A stretch of 64,000 bases of DNA, taken from the IMG/VR virus record IMGVR_UViG_3300027714_000005; one strand, written 5' to 3'. The notes below the pieces were generated by a model, which was given only the letters and a program-made list of their open reading frames with translations, made no database searches and was not told the origin of the DNA. This document shows positions 61,095-64,000 of this stretch, piece by piece. The stretch comes from a virus. The translations under genes were made by a program, and so were the position numbers. Numbering within the stretch: the first letter of the stretch is position 1; every line of letters starts with the position of its first letter.

Positions 61095-61250
61095 ATGACC
61101 AATAAAGACCTGCTCAGTTTCCACCTAAACAATAGTGACTTAAACCTCACTAATCTCGCTGCCATCCACAACTCAAGTGTTGCAATTGTGCGCTCCATCC
61201 TAGTGGAGTACTATAGTACTAAGGATTTTATTCATCCAATTCTAAAATAA
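61095..61250 (+). CDS. small early protein (51 aa)
   Basis: Manually read MTNKDLLSFHL...DFIHPILK; GAGAG upstream. Confidence 0.5.
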   Translation: MTNKDLLSFHLNNSDLNLTNLAAIHNSSVAIVRSILVEYYSTKDFIHPILK

Positions 61251-61253
61251 CGC

Positions 61254-61288
61254 TTGACAAACGTTGCTGTTGTTGTTATAATAAGTAC
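61254..61288 (+). promoter_or_regulatory. early promoter, copy 2
   Basis: TTGACA-17-TATAAT with extended TG. Confidence 0.85.
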
Positions 61289-61306
61289 ATAAACTAGAGA
61301 AAGGAA

Positions 61307-61606
61307 ATGATTATGACTAAATTTGATAAAGAACTATTCACGTGGGACGGTATGTACTTGATGTATCAAGGTGAACATACTCAGTCTAAGTATTATGAGT
61401 TACCTTGTCATCCTACTAGATTAGGAACTCCAAGGTCAGAGTTTATCGCAAGATTCAAGTATGGTAGTAAACCTTGGAAGAGCTGGGTTAACTTCCTAGT
61501 CAAGAACTTCACCATTGAAGAGTATAAAGCACTGAGTGAACAAACCAGTCCGATGCAAGCAATGGAAGTCAAAGGTTTCAAAGAACGTAAGAAGAGGGTT
61601 GCATAA
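61307..61606 (+). CDS. hypothetical early protein
   Basis: F.WDGMYL.Y...FIARFKY...NFT.EEY; AAGGA RBS. Confidence 0.75.
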   Translation: MIMTKFDKELFTWDGMYLMYQGEHTQSKYYELPCHPTRLGTPRSEFIARFKYGSKPWKSWVNFLVKNFTIEEYKALSEQTSPMQAMEVKGFKERKKRVA

Positions 61607-61797
61607 TGCAGTATTTAAAAGAAGTCACTGACTGGGGTTCATATACTTATGTCCCCAACCATACATACATTGTCAATGACGCAGGTCAGTTGATGGGTAT
61701 TATTCCGCAAGGTAAGACCGAAGCTGTTATGTACAAGAAACCAATGAAACAGTTCTCGAAGTCACGTAGAAAATTTATTAAAATAGAGGTTAAATAA
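61606..61797 (+). CDS. hypothetical early protein
   Basis: EVT.W...PNHTY...F.KSRRKF; TAATG coupling. Confidence 0.7.
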   Translation: MQYLKEVTDWGSYTYVPNHTYIVNDAGQLMGIIPQGKTEAVMYKKPMKQFSKSRRKFIKIEVK

Positions 61798-61798
61798 T

Positions 61799-62008
61799 AT
61801 GAGTAATAAAGGAATGTATGAAGTGAGAGTCGCGCTAACTGGTGCTGAGTGTCTGAAGTGGTACGCATTTGATACCGCAAAGGAAGCAGTGAAGTTCGCA
61901 CTAAAAGCGATGCACGAAGAAGGGTTAACGGTTTCTGGTAAGTCCTTCGAAGAGAAGTTCGAAGAACTGGAATGGATTGGTAAAGGAAGGGTGCATTGTA
62001 ATGTATGA
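61799..62008 (+). CDS. hypothetical early protein
   Basis: 69 aa, GAGG RBS. Confidence 0.65.
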   Translation: MSNKGMYEVRVALTGAECLKWYAFDTAKEAVKFALKAMHEEGLTVSGKSFEEKFEELEWIGKGRVHCNV

Positions 62009-62138
62009 TTATCATCGATTGATTGCCAATGCCAATGACGCATTGGCACGTTCCAACTCGGAATGGGGTCAGAAGTACTGGACTAGTGTGATTGACCAAC
62101 TCTTGATAAACATGAGTAAACAGGAAACTGTCCACTAA
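62001..62138 (+). CDS. small hypothetical protein (45 aa)
   Basis: Manually read MYDYHRLIANA...SEWGQKYWTSV...TVH. Confidence 0.55.
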   Translation: MYDYHRLIANANDALARSNSEWGQKYWTSVIDQLLINMSKQETVH

Positions 62139-62143
62139 ACTCT

Positions 62144-62151
62144 TATAAATA
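62144..62151 (+). promoter_or_regulatory. late promoter TATAAATA
   Basis: Upstream of gp3. Confidence 0.8.
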
Positions 62152-62175
62152 GAAGTATATTATAAGAGGTGTCCT

Positions 62176-62703
62176 ATGCCAGTAAATGTAACCACTCAGT
62201 TGACCGATGCGGAACTGACCACAAATTTAAACTACCTACAACCTACGGGGTTTAAGGTAGTAATCGACCGAACGAAGTATCCCAACATGGAGTACTTTGT
62301 TCAGTCTGTCTCACATCCGGGCGCAACACTAGCACCTGTCGAATTACCTGTCCGCAGAATAACATCTGTACCTTTGGCTGGTGATAAGATGACCTTCTCT
62401 GAAGTCAACTTCACTATCATCTTAGATGAGAACATGACCTCATATACAGAGATGTTTGATTGGATGTCACGCATCGTGAATGATGGTCAGGTATCATCAC
62501 TGGATCGCGGCAGTAAAGTGCCAACCTATGCAGATATCACACTACACGTACTATCGAGTCATAACAATACAGTAAAGAAGATTAAGTACAACGACTGTGT
62601 GCCAACTGCACTTGGTAATATCGAGTTTACTTCAACCTCTGGAGACGTAACCTATTTGACATTTGATTGTTCATTTAGATTCTCACAATTCGCTATAATA
62701 TAA
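62176..62703 (+). CDS. gp3: tail tube terminator / completion protein gp3
   Basis: N.L.PTGFK......P..EYF.Q....PG, GDK..F......I.DE.M..Y.E...W, P..L..I.F. Confidence 0.92.
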   Translation: MPVNVTTQLTDAELTTNLNYLQPTGFKVVIDRTKYPNMEYFVQSVSHPGATLAPVELPVRRITSVPLAGDKMTFSEVNFTIILDENMTSYTEMFDWMSRIVNDGQVSSLDRGSKVPTYADITLHVLSSHNNTVKKIKYNDCVPTALGNIEFTSTSGDVTYLTFDCSFRFSQFAII

Positions 62704-62737
62704 CCCTATATAATAATCTACACTATGGAGAAACACT

Positions 62738-63187
62738 ATGATTGATTTGGAAAGCATCCTTGCAGAATGGAAAGTGGACTGTCAAATTGAGAAACATCAA
62801 CTGGATGAAACGTCTAGAGTTACACCGATGCTTCATGCCAAATACCTAGAGTACCTATCACTAACCAAACTCCGTCACAAGAAGGCAGAGTTCGATCAGA
62901 AAACCTTACTGAAAGACAAGTACCTTTATTACGAAGGTAAGATGTCGCAAGAAGATATCCAGTCTCGTGGATGGGCATATGACCCATACGAGGGACTCAG
63001 TGCGACCACCAAGAACTTCAAAGAATATTATTACGACTCCGACAAAGAGATTCAAGACTCTGAGATGAAAATTCAGTATCTTAAAAATATTGTGGATACC
63101 TTGGACGAGATCGTGCGTAACTTGAATTGGAGACATTCCACTATAAAAAATATTTTGGATTGGCGCAGATTTGAGGCTGGTAGTTAA
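62738..63187 (+). CDS. uvsY: recombination mediator UvsY
   Basis: LE.I...W..D..I....LD..S...P.LHAKYL, YY.G, R...IKN..DWR.F.AG. Confidence 0.93.
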   Translation: MIDLESILAEWKVDCQIEKHQLDETSRVTPMLHAKYLEYLSLTKLRHKKAEFDQKTLLKDKYLYYEGKMSQEDIQSRGWAYDPYEGLSATTKNFKEYYYDSDKEIQDSEMKIQYLKNIVDTLDEIVRNLNWRHSTIKNILDWRRFEAGS

Positions 63188-63199
63188 AAACCTGATACT

Positions 63200-63243
63200 T
63201 ATAAATAGTAGTACAAGCAGTGAGGGTGTTGAAGCACCCCCAC
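63200..63243 (+). promoter_or_regulatory. late promoter plus leader hairpin of the homing endonuclease
   Basis: TATAAATA at 63200-63207; GTG-A-GGGTG...CACCC-C-CAC stem at about 63220-63243. Confidence 0.6.
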
Positions 63244-63276
63244 TACTCTAACCATTAAAGTTCGAGGAGAACTAAA

Positions 63277-63897
63277 ATGTCTACTACTATATATCACTCT
63301 CACCACATCGTTCCTCGCCATATGGATGGAACTAATGACAAGTCCAATCTTGTCAAACTCACCATAACAGAACACGCAGAAGCACACCGCAAGTTGTATG
63401 AAGAACATAACAAACTTGAGGATAAACTCGCATGGAAGATGCTAGAAGGTCAGGCAATGATGGGTGAGAACCTACGCATCAAATCAAAACTTGGATGGGC
63501 AGAGGCAAACAAAAATGGCCCTATATGCCTTGGAACTAAGTGGTACTATAACCCAGAGATACCAACCGAACGAAAGATGTTGAAAGATGGTGCCACTATA
63601 CCTGAAGGATGGGTACATGGCAGAGGTCTAAATACATGGAGTGCCAAGAGAGATTATAAAAGTCCCTCTGACGAACACAGAAAGAAAACTTCCGAAGCAT
63701 GTAAAAAGATGTGGAAGGAAGGTAAGATGGATGACCGGAAACCCCATACTATCACCCAAGCAGTGTTGGATGGGTACGAGAAGAATCGTGGATTAAAACG
63801 AGAGAAGAAAGAGTGCCCACATTGCGGTAAGTTAGTTGCGGTGAATGTGTTCCCAAGATGGCACGGTGACAATTGTAAGAGTGCATATTATGTCTAA
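63277..63897 (+). mobile_element. free-standing HNH homing endonuclease with C-terminal DNA-binding modules
   Basis: HHIVPRHM.GTN..SNLV.LT..EH..AH..L; NUMOD3-like S.EHRKK.SE; CPHCGK...WH..NC zinc ribbon. Confidence 0.85.
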
Positions 63898-64000
63898 AGA
63901 TGAAGCAAGAGAGATTGCCGAAGAAAGAGTTAATGTACTTATAGATAAAGGATATATAGACCCTTTATCCTTCGAAGAGAAGGTACAACAACTGGTTGAT
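63890..64000 (+). CDS. hypothetical protein, truncated by window end
   Basis: MSKDEAREIAEERV... is open to position 64000. Confidence 0.5.
   Translation, partial: MSKDEAREIAEERVNVLIDKGYIDPLSFEEKVQQLVD

Overview
A 64-kb segment of a T4-like myovirus genome of the marine T4-like type, AT-rich and densely coding. The host cannot be determined from this window. It contains most of the virion morphogenesis module: gp2, 3, 4, a split gp5, gp6-8, 13-23, 25, 26, 27-like, 48, 51, 53, 54-like, a tape-measure candidate, a DUF4815 protein and several fibres. It also carries gp32, gp33, UvsY, a DenV-like glycosylase, two tRNAs, an HNH homing endonuclease, sigma70-type early promoters, many TATAAATA late promoters and UUCG terminators. 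All calls come from motif and synteny recognition, with no database searches. The most striking signals are: (1) two paralogous late proteins whose repeats are mirror-complementary (xGN[YF] tetrads on one arm, xRTR tetrads on the other, with matched repeat lengths and copy numbers), implying very long fold-back beta-hairpins; (2) an adjacent glycosyltransferase plus 2OG-Fe(II)-oxygenase-like cassette, with Asp-Ser motifs enriched across virion proteins, suggesting a virion-modification system; (3) a T-TTT-TTT slippery site that would fuse gp26 to gp51 by -1 frameshift directly upstream of the tape-measure candidate, like lambda G/GT; (4) a gp5 locus split into several genes carrying one apparently active and two apparently dead peptidoglycan hydrolase domains; (5) a perfect sigma70 promoter firing antisense into the terminase gene.
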